Shown here in pieces: positions 1 through 13,117 of a stretch of 64,000 bases of DNA. The position numbers and the translations under genes are program-made. The first letter of the stretch is position 1; every line of letters begins with the position of its first letter. The DNA is from an uncultured Nitrospinota bacterium (GTDB lineage Bacteria; Tectomicrobia; Entotheonellia; J063; CAVPRW01): NCBI GenBank assembly GCA_963707985.1, contig CAVPRW010000008.1:1-64000 (forward strand). The letters run 5' to 3'. Below the pieces are notes generated by a model, which worked only from the letters and a program-made list of their open reading frames with translations, did not search any database and was not told the origin of the DNA.

Positions 1-1880
1 CCGTGCACTCTGATGTCACGCAGGTCAAACACAAAGATGGAATACCCAATCGTGGCCACCGGCGCTCTACCCTGAAGCCACTTGTAGGCGGCATCTGGTT
101 GATTATTAACTGTCGAGTCCCACCGGCCCTGTGCGCCTTTGAGGATGGTAGCTGAAACAGCCAGCCATCCTTGGTACGGTCCGAGGGCCGAGCGCCATGG
201 GATGAATCTCTCGCCTAACGCATCACGGGGGGAGGCACTGCCGAAGTAATCCACGGCAATCTTCTCGATCCGGTGCGCTTCGACAAAAGCGCCCAGCCGT
301 CTTAAATCCTGCCCCCAGTCGAGGTTTGAATCCACTACGTAGTTCGCCCCGCCTTCCGGCCCGCCAACGGCCTCATTGAAGTAGGCAAGGAACGCAGGAT
401 AGACGCGGAGAACGCTCACGCATTGCCAGGTGAGGAGGAGCGCGAGCACTACCCATTTGACTCCGGGTGAAATCCCCGCCATGGCGAAGGGCTGCTGAAC
501 GCCCTTAAGCCACTGACTAAGCTCACGGGCGACGAGGATAAGCGCGAATGGGAAAGCCGGTAGGAGGTGACGGACCCCGATGTTGAGGTTGGCCCTTATC
601 GCCCCCCCCCAGTACAGGATAAGCCAGCTCAGCATCAGTGTTTCGGCCGGATGGCCCCGCAGCCAGCCCAGGAGCGATCGCACACCCCACGTGCCGGACC
701 ATACTCTGGCGAGGGCCAGGAAGAGTGTGAAGGCAGTCAGGATATGAAAAGGAAAGCGGCTCTTTTATGGCGTAGACCGCTGGGAAGTAATACCACCATC
801 CAGTAAACGAGACATCGCCAAGAAAGTAGGTGGGCCAAATGTGGCGGCCATGCACGTGTAAAATGACGTTTACCACGCCCAACAGGTACGCCTCCCATGC
901 CCGTAAGAGGGGTTTATCGGCTATGAAGATCATCAGATCAGCCAGACAACGCTTGACAGGGCGGAGGCCGTGGGCGCAGGCACGGAGGTCGCGGGTGCGA
1001 TCCTGGACAAGGGCGGCATAGGCGTTCTTATCCTCGTAGAATGTAAAGTAGGTCTCCCGTAGCTGCCGCTCAGGTGGGTACTGGGCCGTGATCCACAAGT
1101 AGGGGAGGAGCACGACCAACGTGGTACTGATGCCCATGATGATGAGCCCAGCGAGGTAACGAACAGCCCTCTGGGGCTCAAGCAACCGCTCCAGAGGAGC
1201 GTCAGGGTGACCAACAAGGGTACGAGGAGGACTATTGAGAATTTGAAAAGGAGTGCTGTGCCCAGGGCAAGCCCTGAAACCAGCGCAGTGTTGCGTGAAG
1301 GGGCAGCAAGGAATCGGATGAAGCTCAACCCGGCGAGTGCTACCCCCAAGGCGGCGGGAACGTCCGTGGTGACATACCGGCCGTGCGCCAGAACAGTGGG
1401 GGATAAGGTATAGAGAAGAAGCGTCAGCAGAGCTGTGCCATCGCAAGCAAAGCGTCTCGCCCAGCGAAAGAGGAGCAACCCCAGCAAGACAGTCAAAAGG
1501 ATTGGGGCCAGACGTGCCCACACGGCGATACGGTGCGGATCATTGTTTGATTCGTACAGGAAAACGCGCGACATCGGCCATTGCGGGTCTTGTTGTCGGT
1601 CGTCGTCTTGCCATGCCGGATGGGCAAGCGGGAAGTTCAGTGGCAGGGAAAGAAGTGGAACGGCAGCCAGTATTTTGAGGAGCGGTGGGTGTTCAGGGTT
1701 GAGCCGGGCATCTCGCAAGCGGAGGTAGGTGTAGCCCGCTGTAATATGCGGGTTTTCGTCGACGGTCAAGGAATCCTCCCACGAGGAGGCGAGCAATAGG
1801 GAGCACATCGTGGCCAACAGAGAGGTGGCCGTAAGACACACAATTCCTCGTCGATGATATCTCCACGCACGGATATCCAT
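1..1880 (-). CDS. ArnT/PMT-like (GT39/GT-C) membrane glycosyltransferase; frameshifted, runs to the window edge
   Basis: TVDENPH..GY and RLNPEHPPLLK N-terminus, LAHGRYVTTD, many TM segments, GWWYYFP and VVDSNLDWGQDLRRL (read by hand at ~300-345) across several frames. Confidence 0.85.
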
Positions 1881-2074
1881 TTACTCTGCCAAGGCCGCCT
1901 GATAGCTCTCGGTGATCAGGTTGCGGGTTAGTTCCACGGCGGGAGTAGTGGCACACCGCGCACATCTTAACAGTCAGCCGTTCCGCTGATTCCCTACACT
2001 CAGCTGAGCGATCGAGGGCCCGTGCCAATCCCACAACGGCTTAAAAACTCTGTGAAATTACTATTGCTGCCTCA

Positions 2075-3520
2075 ACTCCACATTGGCCATTCTGAGTAGG
2101 TAGGAGGGTAAGATGTCCCTTACGATAGATGATCTCTGCCACAGTTCATGCGCTCGCGGGAGGATAGCTCATGCCACCCCTGCCAGAAGCTATCATACTG
2201 GTCTTGGCCCCGTTTGCACTACTCTTTTCGCACCGGGTCTGCAGACCATGCCCAGACCTTGCTCCTGGGGGCCATGCTGACGCCTGAGTCCCGCACCGTG
2301 ACCGGGGCCTTACGAGTGATGGGGCTCGTCCTGGAACACCATTTTACCAACTACCATCGCGTCTTGAACCGGGCCACGTGGTCGGCACGCCAGGGCGGCC
2401 GATTCACTGGGCTTCTCGTCACTTGCCTGGTGCCGCCGGGAGCGACGCTCCATGTGCGGGGCGTGACGACACGGTGGAACGCCGCAGCGGCCGCAAGATA
2501 ACCGCCAAGGGCGCTATCGGATGCGGTGCGCTCCATCAAGAAGCACGTCATCCACTGCTTTGGCTTGAAGTGGGGGTCGATGATGCTGTTGGTGCCGGCG
2601 CACTGGGTCGGCGGGTATGGGCGTTGCCGTTTCTGACCGCCCTGTGCCGGCCGTACGCCGCCAGGGCAGGGACGACGGCACAAACCCAGCGTGGATGGGG
2701 GAAGGCTGATGATGCGGCAGGTGCACCGCTGGCTGCCGGGGCGGCTTCTGGTGGTGGTCGTCGATGGGGGCTTTGCCGTCAGTCGAGCTGCTGGTGCGGG
2801 AGGCAGCCAGGAGCCCATCGGCTCGTCCGCTTCCGGCTGGATGCCGCGCTGTATCACCCGCCGGGCGCCAAGCGGGGCAAGCCGCGCCCGGAACTGAAGG
2901 GGAAACGACAACGCAGCTGGAAGGGGTGGCGGCCGCTCCGATACGCACTGGCAGCCGTCTAGGTGGACTGGTAGGGGGCCAACGGACCCCACAGTCGGTC
3001 GTCTCGGATACGGCCGTGTGGTACACTCAACGCCGGCCCTGTCGAGATCCGCGATGGGCTGGTGGGTGACCCCGAGGGTAAACTGGGAGAGCAGCCTTTT
3101 TCTGTACCGATCGGAGGCCACGCCGGTGGAGATCCTGCAGTGGGTGGTGGTCATGCGCTGGCCGGTCGAGGTGACCTTTGAAGAAGCCCGCGCCCATCTC
3201 GGCGTCGGAGACCCAACGCCAGTGGTCGGACAAGGCCATCGCTCGCACCACCCCCGTCCTGTTGGGGCTGTTTTCGCTGGTGACCGTGCTGGTCCTGCAG
3301 CTGAGCCAGAGCGAGCCGATTCCACTACCCGTGACGGCCTGGTATCGCAAAGCCGAGCCAACCTTCGCGGATCTGTCTGGCGTTGGTGCGTCAGCATCTT
3401 TGGCGCGCGCGGTATTTGGTGCACTCTACGCCCGAAGCAGAGTGCATGCAATTCCCTCGCGAGGCTCTCGACCTCTTGATCCATGGTGTCCCGTTGGCAG
3501 CCTGATGGCCAAAGTCGAGT
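2075..3520 (+). mobile_element. IS701-family element, transposase 2171-3505 frameshifted
   Basis: MPPLPEAIILVLAPF...RTVTGALRVMGL...NYHRVLNRATWS, DDTVERR, RWPVEVTFEEARAHLG. Imperfect IRs ACTCCACATTGGCCAT (2075-2090) / ATGGCCAAAGTCGAGT (3505-3520), flanked by TCA on both sides. Confidence 0.85.
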
Positions 3521-3747
3521 TCAACGAATTGGTTTCTGAGCTCAGGAGTCTTAGGAAGCAGTGCTTCGAAAGTTGGTTGAGGTAACTCGCTACTATCAGG
3601 GAGTTGCTTGGTCAATAAGTTGGTTTGCCTCATCAGGCGAGAGAACAGTTTCATATGTTGAACTCTCCTCAGAATCACCGCACCTGTGGAAATGGGGAGA
3701 GGCCTAATGCTCAGAGCTGAACTGTGGGCACCGTTTCCCCCTCTGCT

Positions 3748-4326
3748 CTAAGGTGCAGAGCTCGACCCCTGCAACTCCTGATAAATGTCAAGCTTATCGA
3801 GGTGTTTCCCGGTGTGATCACATAGGATAGCACTCACGACGTAGCGCTGCAAAGTCTTGATCTCACCCATCCTGAATTCATCTGGGGAGGATGCCACCTT
3901 GTCGACCATGAACACCGCAGTGGTACGCCAATCATAGTGGAATTCGATTTCTGTGGCGCGACTCGGCAGATGGCGCAATGCTTCGCAAAACGCACGGAGG
4001 GTTTCGCAGCGGGGTTTGAGGGGTATATGGGGAGATCTCAAGGCTCAATGAAACATCTCGCACTCTCGCGTCCACATTGGCAATGCGGATCACATATCGG
4101 CATGACTGGCCTACCATCACGGCAGTATGACGGAGGCTTCAAACAGCCCAAGGGCGATGTCTATGGTCTCCGGGGAGCGTAGATACCGTACGAAGGCGAC
4201 GGCTCCCTGCACGGTCCTGCGCAGATCTCGCCAAACCAGTCGTGGTCCCATAAGCCCTCTGCTGCGATGAAACCTCCTCTTGGACGAAGCGGCAACAGGT
4301 GCCACACACCCCAGCGCCCACTCCAC
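3748..4326 (-). CDS. Hypothetical protein, apparently frameshifted over three ORF fragments
   Basis: Overlapping minus-strand ORFs 4117-4326, 3932-4120 and 3748-4041 directly after the DUF6311 gene; no family recognised. Confidence 0.3.
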
Positions 4327-4343
4327 CCCGCGCCATTTTGGGG

Positions 4344-6090
4344 TTACTCCAATTTCTGCTGTTCAAGAAAAGCTCGGAAGTCGTTGTCTCGTACCGACGA
4401 GACACAGGTAATATAATCATTTACCCGGCCACACGCGATCTTGGGGAGGTGCGGCCTGACCAGGTGCCAGTAGTCGCCGTTCACGACATAAATGGTGTCA
4501 TCGCGAACTCGCCCCGCTTGAATCTTTTGGTGTAATTCCTGACAATACTGCACGACCTTTGCTTTGATTGATGCGTGCAAAATAGCCACTGTTAAAGGTC
4601 ATCTTCAAGCGATACGCGTGATAGGCCAGCGGTACATAGCGATCCAGAATGTCCATCGTAAGTGTGGGCATCACACATCCCGGTAAACGTTCCCCCCATA
4701 TCTCTGGGGGATAGAGCACGATGTGCTTGTATAATCCAGCGGCGCGTTCCCAACCCCCCTTGCGAAGGTGAGAGGCGGTTTTCTTTGGTGATATGCCATG
4801 CTACCAGCCACCAAAGGGTATCTTGAAATCAATGACCTGGATCGCTATGACGGCCGACAATATCAGCATGAAGATGGATCGTGAGACTTGAGAATACACT
4901 ATGCCTATCGCCAGGATCGCTGTAATGTACAGGTAGTGGAGCGGCCAGATGAATCGCCCAGTGGCATCGAAGATGGCGCGATGGTGATGAAGGGACGATA
5001 GAACTCGGCCAGTGTCAGAATGGGTATGCCCGCGAGCTTCACCCTGGGGAGAAGGCGTCCAGGGCAAGTAGCGCCACGCAGACGCCGAGCGGTACCCATG
5101 GTTTCAACGCACAGCGCCGGAAAATGCCTGGGTTAGAACAGATGACTAGCAGCCAATGACACTCAAGACGAGGACGCCGCTCCCCACGTACCCAAAGCTC
5201 CTGCCCGGGAACCCTGTGGTAAAGGTGGGAAGAATCGGGAGGTACCCTGTGGATTCACCAAGGTTAGGAGATCAGCGGAGTACTACCAATGGCCTCTGCT
5301 TCCCCAAGAAATCCCCGACCCAATATACCCGAAATCGTGAAAGACACCGAGTGTCGCTGCACCGTATACCCCTCCCCAAACGGCCATTTGACGTGATTGA
5401 GAGACTGGCGATCTACCCAGTGGAACTTACACAGGAAGGCCAGAGCGAGTGCCAAACACCATGATCGCCAGATACGGATGGACGCCGGCGCTGATTAGAC
5501 AGAAACCCAACGTGATGGAGAGCGCTCGGTGGGGGGTCTGATCCCTCGGCCACGATTGTAGGTGGAGCCAGATAAGCCCGAGTATCAACCAATGGGCACA
5601 GAGGCTATCATGCCCGATGCGCAGAGCAACACTGGGTCCAGGATAAAGCAGGCACCCCCCAAGTATTTGGATCGACGGGGTCTGGTGAGAGTGCTTGAAC
5701 GATTCTCATCCCAAACCAGCCCTGCAGAAAAAAGCACAACCCCAACCACAGACCAACGTATTGGAAATCCACCGGTAAGAACGGGGATATGGCTTTGGCA
5801 ACAATCGCGAGCCAGGGAATTGAATCGGTATAACCAACTGTGGTGCCCACGGGATAAGGAAAGCTGGGAACAGAGCCAAGCGGCCACAACCAGTTCTCAT
5901 GGCGGAAAAAGAGCCATCCAAGCACATGTTGCGCTCCATCCCCCTGCATGACCCAACCCAGATACGTAGGATTCAAGATAGAGGGTCCAAACACCAAGAA
6001 TGAACCATGCAAACCCGAGGCAGCCCCCCATGAACCAGATGCAATGCGGAAAATCTTGCTCAGTCGGAAATTCGGTTCCATGGGCTCCAC
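4344..6090 (-). CDS. DUF6311-type multi-pass membrane protein (putative GT-C), frameshifted
   Basis: GDGAQHVLGWLFFRHENWLWPLG..YPVGTTVGYTDSIPWLA, F.ATGRFIWPLHY, C-terminal TFNSGYFAR. Confidence 0.7.
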
Positions 6091-6385
6091 TTGTGCCTTG
6101 GGAGGTGTCGAGCCTACAGCACTCGGTTCAGGTCAATCCCCCACCGCGACGACCCCGGAGTTGCCGAGGCGTGCATGGGGGTCACCTGCCATTCCGTGAC
6201 TGAAGTAGCTTCCGTAAATTCGGGGGGATGAGGGGTTACGGCAGCCTACCATGTGTCGTTGTGATACGCTTGGAGGTGGATATTTCGCCAATCATTCACG
6301 CTGAGAGGAGAAAACCCACAGCCCCGAACCCAGATTCAGAGCATACCGACCGACCCGAACAAGTCGTCGACCGATAGTGGTACTG

Positions 6386-7586
6386 TTATCGAGAATGGGA
6401 AGCTGGTGCTTGATGGTCACACTGGGTATGGCCATCCCTGGCAGGAGTCTCACGTCCTCCACGCGGCGCGGTGTATGCCACAACGGCCGTGGTCAAATGC
6501 TCAGGCGGAGGCAGGCGAAACGGCTTCTGGGGTTGCGTCTCGGCAAAGCCAGCATATGCCAGCATGTCCTCGAGCGCCTTAGTAGTGAACCCCCAATAGA
6601 CACAGTTCTCACCAAGAAAGACCTCCACGTGCCGAATACCGAACGCCAGCCACGGCTTGCCCGGAAACTTCTCCTCCAACTCCTCGTTCACTAGGGTTTC
6701 GATGATCGCCATCTCCCGTGTGACCGCACGGATATTCGACAACGCCTTCAGCGGATTCTGTAAGTGGAGCAGCATCGAACCGCAAAACACGACATCGAAC
6801 ATGCCTACTGTCTCGGGCGACAGGTCGTAGACGTTGCAGAGCTTGAACTCCACCCGCGACCGTCGCATTGCATGTGCCATCTGGAACTTGAACCGATGCG
6901 GCCCCTCGTCCGCCAACAGCAGCCTTGGCTTGATCTGTGGTAGCAGATCAAAATCTTCACATCTCGCGATGTCGATCGGCCACCACCCGGGCGGCGCCAC
7001 GCCGTTCCATCTCGAACGCAAAAAAGCCGTCCCCCGTGCCCACGTCCAGGCAGGTCTTGCCCTCTAGCGACTCTGGGAGGCCATAACAGTGGACGACCGA
7101 GCGATGGTCGAAGATACCTCTTGTCGTTAGCCCATTGCCGAGATCAATTGTGTGATACCACTGATCGAGCCGCGGATCATCCGGCTGTGTGGGTAGGTTG
7201 TCGGCGCGCCAAGGCGACGCCAGCGGGATGGTCTGCTGCGCGCGAGAATTCACTCCGTCCGCACCGTGCTGCCCGGTGGTTTTCACGGGTTGCAGATGCG
7301 TGGCCGTCCACAGGGCTGAGAATTCGTCTTTCAGAGAGGCAATCACCCGAGCATTGGCGGCATTATATGCGGTCTGCCGCTCGAGAATGGGCGTGAGCAG
7401 TCGGCTCAGTCCCTTCTTCGCTAGGACGACAAGAGGGCCAAGCCGGCGCCGGTGTGAGGTGAAGTTGATGTGCGTGAGGTCACTCCCCGAATGTAGGAGC
7501 GCGAGATCAGCAGTCCCCTGTGCTCCCTTTGCAGGGGAAACGGGCACGTGCCCTCTGTCATTCGGATGCCCTCGCTGCGCGTCCAT
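6386..7586 (-). CDS. Class I SAM methyltransferase (DUF1698/CmoB-like) with N-terminal amphipathic/coiled-coil extension; one frameshift
   Basis: WYHTIDLGNG, LDVGTGDGFFAFEMERRGA, FDVVFCGSMLLHLQNP. Confidence 0.85.
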
Positions 7587-7601
7587 GCTGATCTAACTCG
7601 T

Positions 7602-8845
7602 TCATCGCTCTCTTTCCTTGTGCATTCCATCGAGACCTCCCGGCACAACCCATGGTTCTCCAGCACATCTCGCATCGATATTACACGATCTCGATCCAGC
7701 GCTCGATGCCTCTGACCCGACGCTTTGGAACCAGCACACCAGTTCGTTGACCATATCGAAGAGCACCCGGTAAGAGCCTGGCTTGAACCCGTCTAATGGC
7801 ACCTCAGAGACCACCTCGACCCGGCCGCCTGGCGGCACATCATGGCGGAGACGCTGTCGCCCTCGGTTGTCTTCCAAGACGCGCCCATCAGGGGTGAGGA
7901 GCTTGACGCCAAACGTGACGAAGCCGCCGAAAGCCCGTGGCGTCGAGAGCCAGATACTTTCCCCCACGTTCTCGCAGAGGGCCACCACCTTCATGCTTGC
8001 CCCCTGGTTTGCTCGGCGTGAGCACTCTTGGATCGAGAATCTTGGCCCGGAGCATTGCAGCAGGGGCCGTGGCACTTGTCAACGCCCGCGCTCCCCCTTT
8101 CTCTATGCAGAAGAGCGGATGGCCTCTGATGAACTCGGCAATCTCTTGGGCAGTCAAGAAAGCGCCCGACACTTTCTCGCCTGCCTTGAAGTGGTCAAAC
8201 TCCTCATAATCCAGCTCCAGCATGTCAGGCAGCACGTAGGGCTTCAAAATCATGCGCCGAAAACCTACCTCTCTGGCCAACTGATAGATTTCCGGCAAGA
8301 TCACATCCTTTTCCACGGCACCATATTGCTCCATGGCGACAATCGACTCGGGACTCTTTGAGTGTTCATCTCCAGGCTCTGCGAACGACCGCGCGTCCCC
8401 CCGCTTTCAGAACCCTGAACATTTCGGCGAGCGTGGCGCGATAGTCGGGCATATGATGGAGGGCATTCATGCAGACGATGCCATCAAAGCTTGCGTCTCG
8501 AAACGGCAGGCGCATGCCGTCTCCCGCGACAAATCTGGCGCGCTCACGGTCACACCTGGGGTCCAAGGTGAGACGCTCATGACCGATCGCCAGCACCTCT
8601 GGGTCGTTGTCGAGGGCCACCGTGAGATATCCAAACCGATTGAGCAATTCGGAGACATAGCATGAACCAGCACCGAAGTCGAGCACTTCATCCCCGGGTC
8701 TCAACCCAAGGCTTTTCGCCAGAACCATGAGATAGAAGAGGTCACGGAATCCCGTGTCGTGCGCCTCCATGCTCAATGGGTAGCGCAGGGCACCTTCGCG
8801 GAAGTAGGGCTTTTTGGGATCCCCCTCTCCCATGGCGTGATGCAA
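7602..8845 (-). CDS. Class I SAM methyltransferase with C-terminal Ig-like (NBR1-like) domain; frameshifted, possibly fused to the upstream GT4
   Basis: VLDFGAGSCYVS, FDGIVCMNALHH, RVLKAGGR; C-terminal ENVGESIW...DVPPGG...PGSYRVLFDMVNELVCWF. Confidence 0.75.
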
Positions 8846-10513
8846 AACGGGGGGAACGGGCGAAGTCGTCTGAGGTCCTCTGCAATCCGCATAGGCACGG
8901 CGAGGTCAGCTCGTCTCTGGGGAAGCGTGCGGGACCTCGACCGGCCGGTATCGATGCAGCGATCGATAAGCCCGACGCGGTCGGCTTCCGTATGGCGTTG
9001 GAGGGCGTTTGGAACAATACGCCCTGTTGCTGATCGGGTGTGTAGCATTCCTCCGACGCGGCCCGACGGACGGCCTGAAGGCCGGCGGAGAGTTGCTGCT
9101 GGAGGCGCTTCACCTGTTCCGACAGGCCCTCACGTATGGATTTGAGAGCTTCCACGTGACGGTAGTCGATCCCTTCGATTGGCTTCCGCATTTCGGCCTG
9201 TGCCTGGCTCGACCCAACTACATGCCCCCAGAGATAGGAGGCGACATCCGGAGCCGGGAGGTCTGTCCAGCGGCGCATCTCCTGGCTAACCCTTCTTGCC
9301 ATGTCATGCGCCATCGCATCGGGGCGAAAGGCTTCCGCATCCCGCACCGCGTCGATAATCGCCTGGACATACGCCCCGGGTGTGTGGTACGCCTGCAAAA
9401 ATCGGCGGCCGTCTTCTCCCCATGTGCGCGTAGCGCCCTGGATCGTCAACAAATGCATGTAAATGGGCCTGGATATCGGTGATCTCGTGCTCAGGACGCA
9501 CAAAGGCCACCGTCTCCTGAGGAAGCGTGGCATACCAGCCCACCCTGGTCACCAGGCTCGGGAGAGCATGGTCCCAAATCTGTAATTGGCTCACCGAGGC
9601 CTCCCCCATCGTGGGAAACCGCAGATTGATGGCCAGGTGTGCCGATGTCAGCGCCGCTTCAAGATCTTCAGCGGGGACAAAACCATGGAGCGTGACCACG
9701 TCCTGTAATCCTCAGCTCCTCGATGTCGCGACGCACACCTTGATGGTCCCACAACTCGCCGTAGACATCCAAACGAAAGCGGTCTCGTTCGGGAAACCCG
9801 GCCAGTGCCCGCAGAACCGAACCCAAGCGCCGATTATCGCTGATGTGTCCGAAAATGATGAGATGATAGGGGGCGCCCTCGGCGCTGGGTTTCACTATTC
9901 CGCCTTTCCCTCGTGATCCAGACGGTGCGGCACGATACGGCAACCGAGCATACCTGAGTGGGCAGGGGCTGTCGTGTCTGAGCTCATCGAAACTGCGTTG
10001 GCTGTGAACCAGTACGCCCAATGCATGGTCCATGACATACCGCGTCAGACGGTATTGCTCTGCCATATACTCGATCGTCAAACGCCCAGCCCAAAAATCC
10101 ACGGCATCCTGCCGTCCCGAGGCCCCATAAGAATGCTCCATCAGTTCCAGGTAGCCCGTCCGATCACGCCATTGCTCACGAAAGAGTCCAGCGAAGAATT
10201 GCTGCAAAGCTACGTCATGCAGGACGATGAGTCCCGCATGGCGCTGGCTAACTTGCCAGATGGGTCCGTGGAAGCGGTGGTTGTTGCCGATGTGGAAGAT
10301 GCTTATGGTGGCGCGGTTGACCTCCGCCCATGGCATTTCCTTCAGCTGATACGAGCGAACCTCGGCATAATCCTCTACAGCGGCATCCCAAGACTCCTGA
10401 TCTGTCCAGAGGACGACCTCCGCGGCTGCCGTCAAAGCGGGGAGCAGCTGCTGGGTGTAATCGGCGATTCCCGATTTCGTGGGTGGTAACGGCGAGAACC
10501 AATTCAATCGCAC
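8742..10513 (-). CDS. GT4-family glycosyltransferase with C-terminal helical/coiled-coil extension; frameshifted
   Basis: MRLNWFSPLPPTKSGIADY, HIGNNHRFH, VLHD, AINLRFPTMGEAS. Confidence 0.85.
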
Positions 10514-11557
10514 GAGACAAGCCTCTCAACCACCTTCAACCAGGAGATGTTGAGGCTGTCATACCGCTTTCTCCCAGCCTCACCCAACGCCCGGGCCAAC
10601 TCGCGATCACCCCAAAGCTGGTCCATCGCCAGGGCCATGGCCTGTGGGGAGGGTTCTACAATTAAACCCGTGGCGTCATCTTGCACAAATTCCAGCGGTG
10701 CACCTGAATCTGTACAGGTAATCAATGGCTTCGATGCCAACATGGCTTCCAACGTCACATACCCGTAATCTTCATCCACCGGTGGAAAGATGATCCCCAG
10801 AGCGTGAGCGTACAACGCGCGCTTCTCTTCCTCTGTCACCTGTCCGAGCCACTTGACCCGATGCTCGATGTCGAGCTTCCGCGCCAGCATCTCAAGCTCT
10901 TCGCCATACTGGGGCTCATCAGCCGCACCCGCGAACCGGACGCAAACCGGTCGCTGCGTGGCCGCCAGTGCTTGCAGCACGAGGGCTTGACGCTTGAGAG
11001 ATGCCAACCGGCTCGGATAGAAGAAAAAATCCTCAGCCTCTGCCCCATAGAACTGCTCGGCAGAAGCTGGCGGGTGATAGAGAGGGACGGAGTCAATGCC
11101 ACAATAGCGCCAGAGGCGGCTGGACACGTTTTTTGAGATCGTAAACACCCCTTTGGCCTCTGGGATGAGGCGCTGGTCCAGGCGCTGGACCGCATCGCGG
11201 ACTTGTGGGCCATTGGGATATTGGTGCAGGTCGCCAAGGGAGTTGTCCCACAGCTCATACGCCGTGCGAAATTGGTGCAGGAGCCAAAGAACCTTGTGTG
11301 GGTGCGGAATCAGATAGGCTGGAAACTTCAAGCCGATCACACGGTCGACGGGGGCGCCTCCGCTCTCGCTGACATCTAGCAGGCGGCAAGCCAACACCTG
11401 GTCGAGAATGCGTTCTGGAGGGTACCACTTAAACGGGATGGCCACAATCTCTGCCGCATGCCCTTGAGCACGCAGGGCATGCATACAGCCCCTCGGCCAG
11501 AATTTCGGCCCCCCCGCGCACAAAGGGAACTTGCGCTGTCGCGATGAGAATCCTCAT
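10504..11557 (-). CDS. GT4-family glycosyltransferase
   Basis: True start MRILIATAQVPFVRGGAE at 11557 (frameshift in a G tract); SRLASLKRQ and DEDYGYVTLEAM (EX7E). Confidence 0.9.
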
Positions 11558-11573
11558 AGCCGGCCTTTATCGC

Positions 11574-12860
11574 TCAAGGTTTCCAGCCGACAAGCGCATA
11601 GTCTTGTGGACCGTAAAACAATTCGTTAAAGCGTTTCGCAATGTCAAGGCCACCTTCGTCCACCTTGTGCGCCTCGTGGGAAAGGGTGTAGCTGCAGCAG
11701 CTTGATGCGCTGGAGGCCTTTCACTTCGGCGATGAATTTGAGTAGCGTGCTTGGCAGAGGAGTGCGATGGGTAGGGTCATTATAGAACTCTAGGGTGCTC
11801 ACCAGTACATTCTGCGGATTAGGCGTTTCGAAAATAGCGACGCCACCGGGTTGAAGCACTCTGACGGTTTCATCGAACAAGTCGAGCAGCACCTCGAATG
11901 GGAGATGCTCGATGATGTGAAAACCGGTCACACCGCCGATGCTGCTGTTGGGCAAAGCACAGAGATACGTAAGAATATCGCTTTCGACCACGTCAAGCCC
12001 AGCCTGACGGCATTCCTCCACCAACACGCGGTTCCGCTCAACCCCTTTCCCCTGCATTCCTTCCTCGTGAAGCAGCTCTAGCCACTCACCACGTCCACAG
12101 CCCAGATCGACAATGGGTTGGCGCCGTACCCATCTTGGCTTGCTTGAGGTGGCGAGAGATACACGCGTAGCCGTTCTTTGATGTTCACACGGCTGCCACG
12201 GAATTGCTCATCGAACGCTGCAAAAAAGGCGTCCAGATGGGCGTGTCTCCTCCGTGGGCATGGGCTTGCAAAGGTGCTGAGCAGAGCGGTTCTGACAGAT
12301 GCTTGCGCACCTCGTCCAGCAACCGGGTCAGATGTCGTTCCTGGGCGCGACGTTCTCGACTCTGAGAGGCCACCTCCACTTGTAAGGCCTGGAGGTCGTC
12401 GCCTGTTGTTGCGCGAAGATTTCAAACTGCCCGGTGATCGTCTCCCGCAGGGCATCCAGGAAGCTGTCTGTCTCTTCCGCGCTGCTAGGGCCGTCCAGCG
12501 CTGAGGCTCGACTTGTGCCTCTCGCGATGAGCGCTCACCTCGGTCGACAGAGATAGCTATAAGCCGAGTATTGACCGCATTATAGGCAGATTGTCGCTCC
12601 AAACATCGGGGTGAGGAGTTGCTGCAGCAACGCTTCTTGACCAAGATGATGATGCTTCGCCTACCACCTTACGATGGGAGCTGAAGCGGACCTGCGAGAG
12701 ATCCTGGGAGCTTTGGAGGAAGCCCAGGTCCTCTGCTCGCATCTGAGGGGTTTCGACGCGGACTCGCAGCGGCTGGCGCCAGAGGCAAATTTTCTGGCGC
12801 TGCATGTCTCGCCTGCTCGCGAACCTGCCGCATGATCTCGGTGACATCCACTCCCGTCAT
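11574..12860 (-). CDS. Coiled-coil + SAM methyltransferase (WbdD/WsaE-like chain terminator candidate); frameshifted
   Basis: VDVTEIMRQVRE N-terminus, FDEQFRGSR..IKERL, FHIIEHL, ETPNPQN, DPTHRTPLP, C-terminal FYGPQDYALVGWKP. Confidence 0.8.
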
Positions 12861-13117
12861 GGGATCCACACGTCCTCCTTCGCACTGACTCGCCCATCCT
12901 GACTGCTCCTGCCGACGCGCAGGTGATCTCATCCCTCATTCGAAGCACTGACGTGACTCTGCCCATTTCATGGAAGGCTTGCACATAGCGTGACAACGCG
13001 ACCGTAACATCTCATTAACGAGGGAATGCTACAGAGTGCGATTGCGCTAATGGGTTGATCCGGCCCGATGCTCGCGAAAGTCGCTTAGATCGGCCTCGAC
13101 CATCATGTCGAATCATC

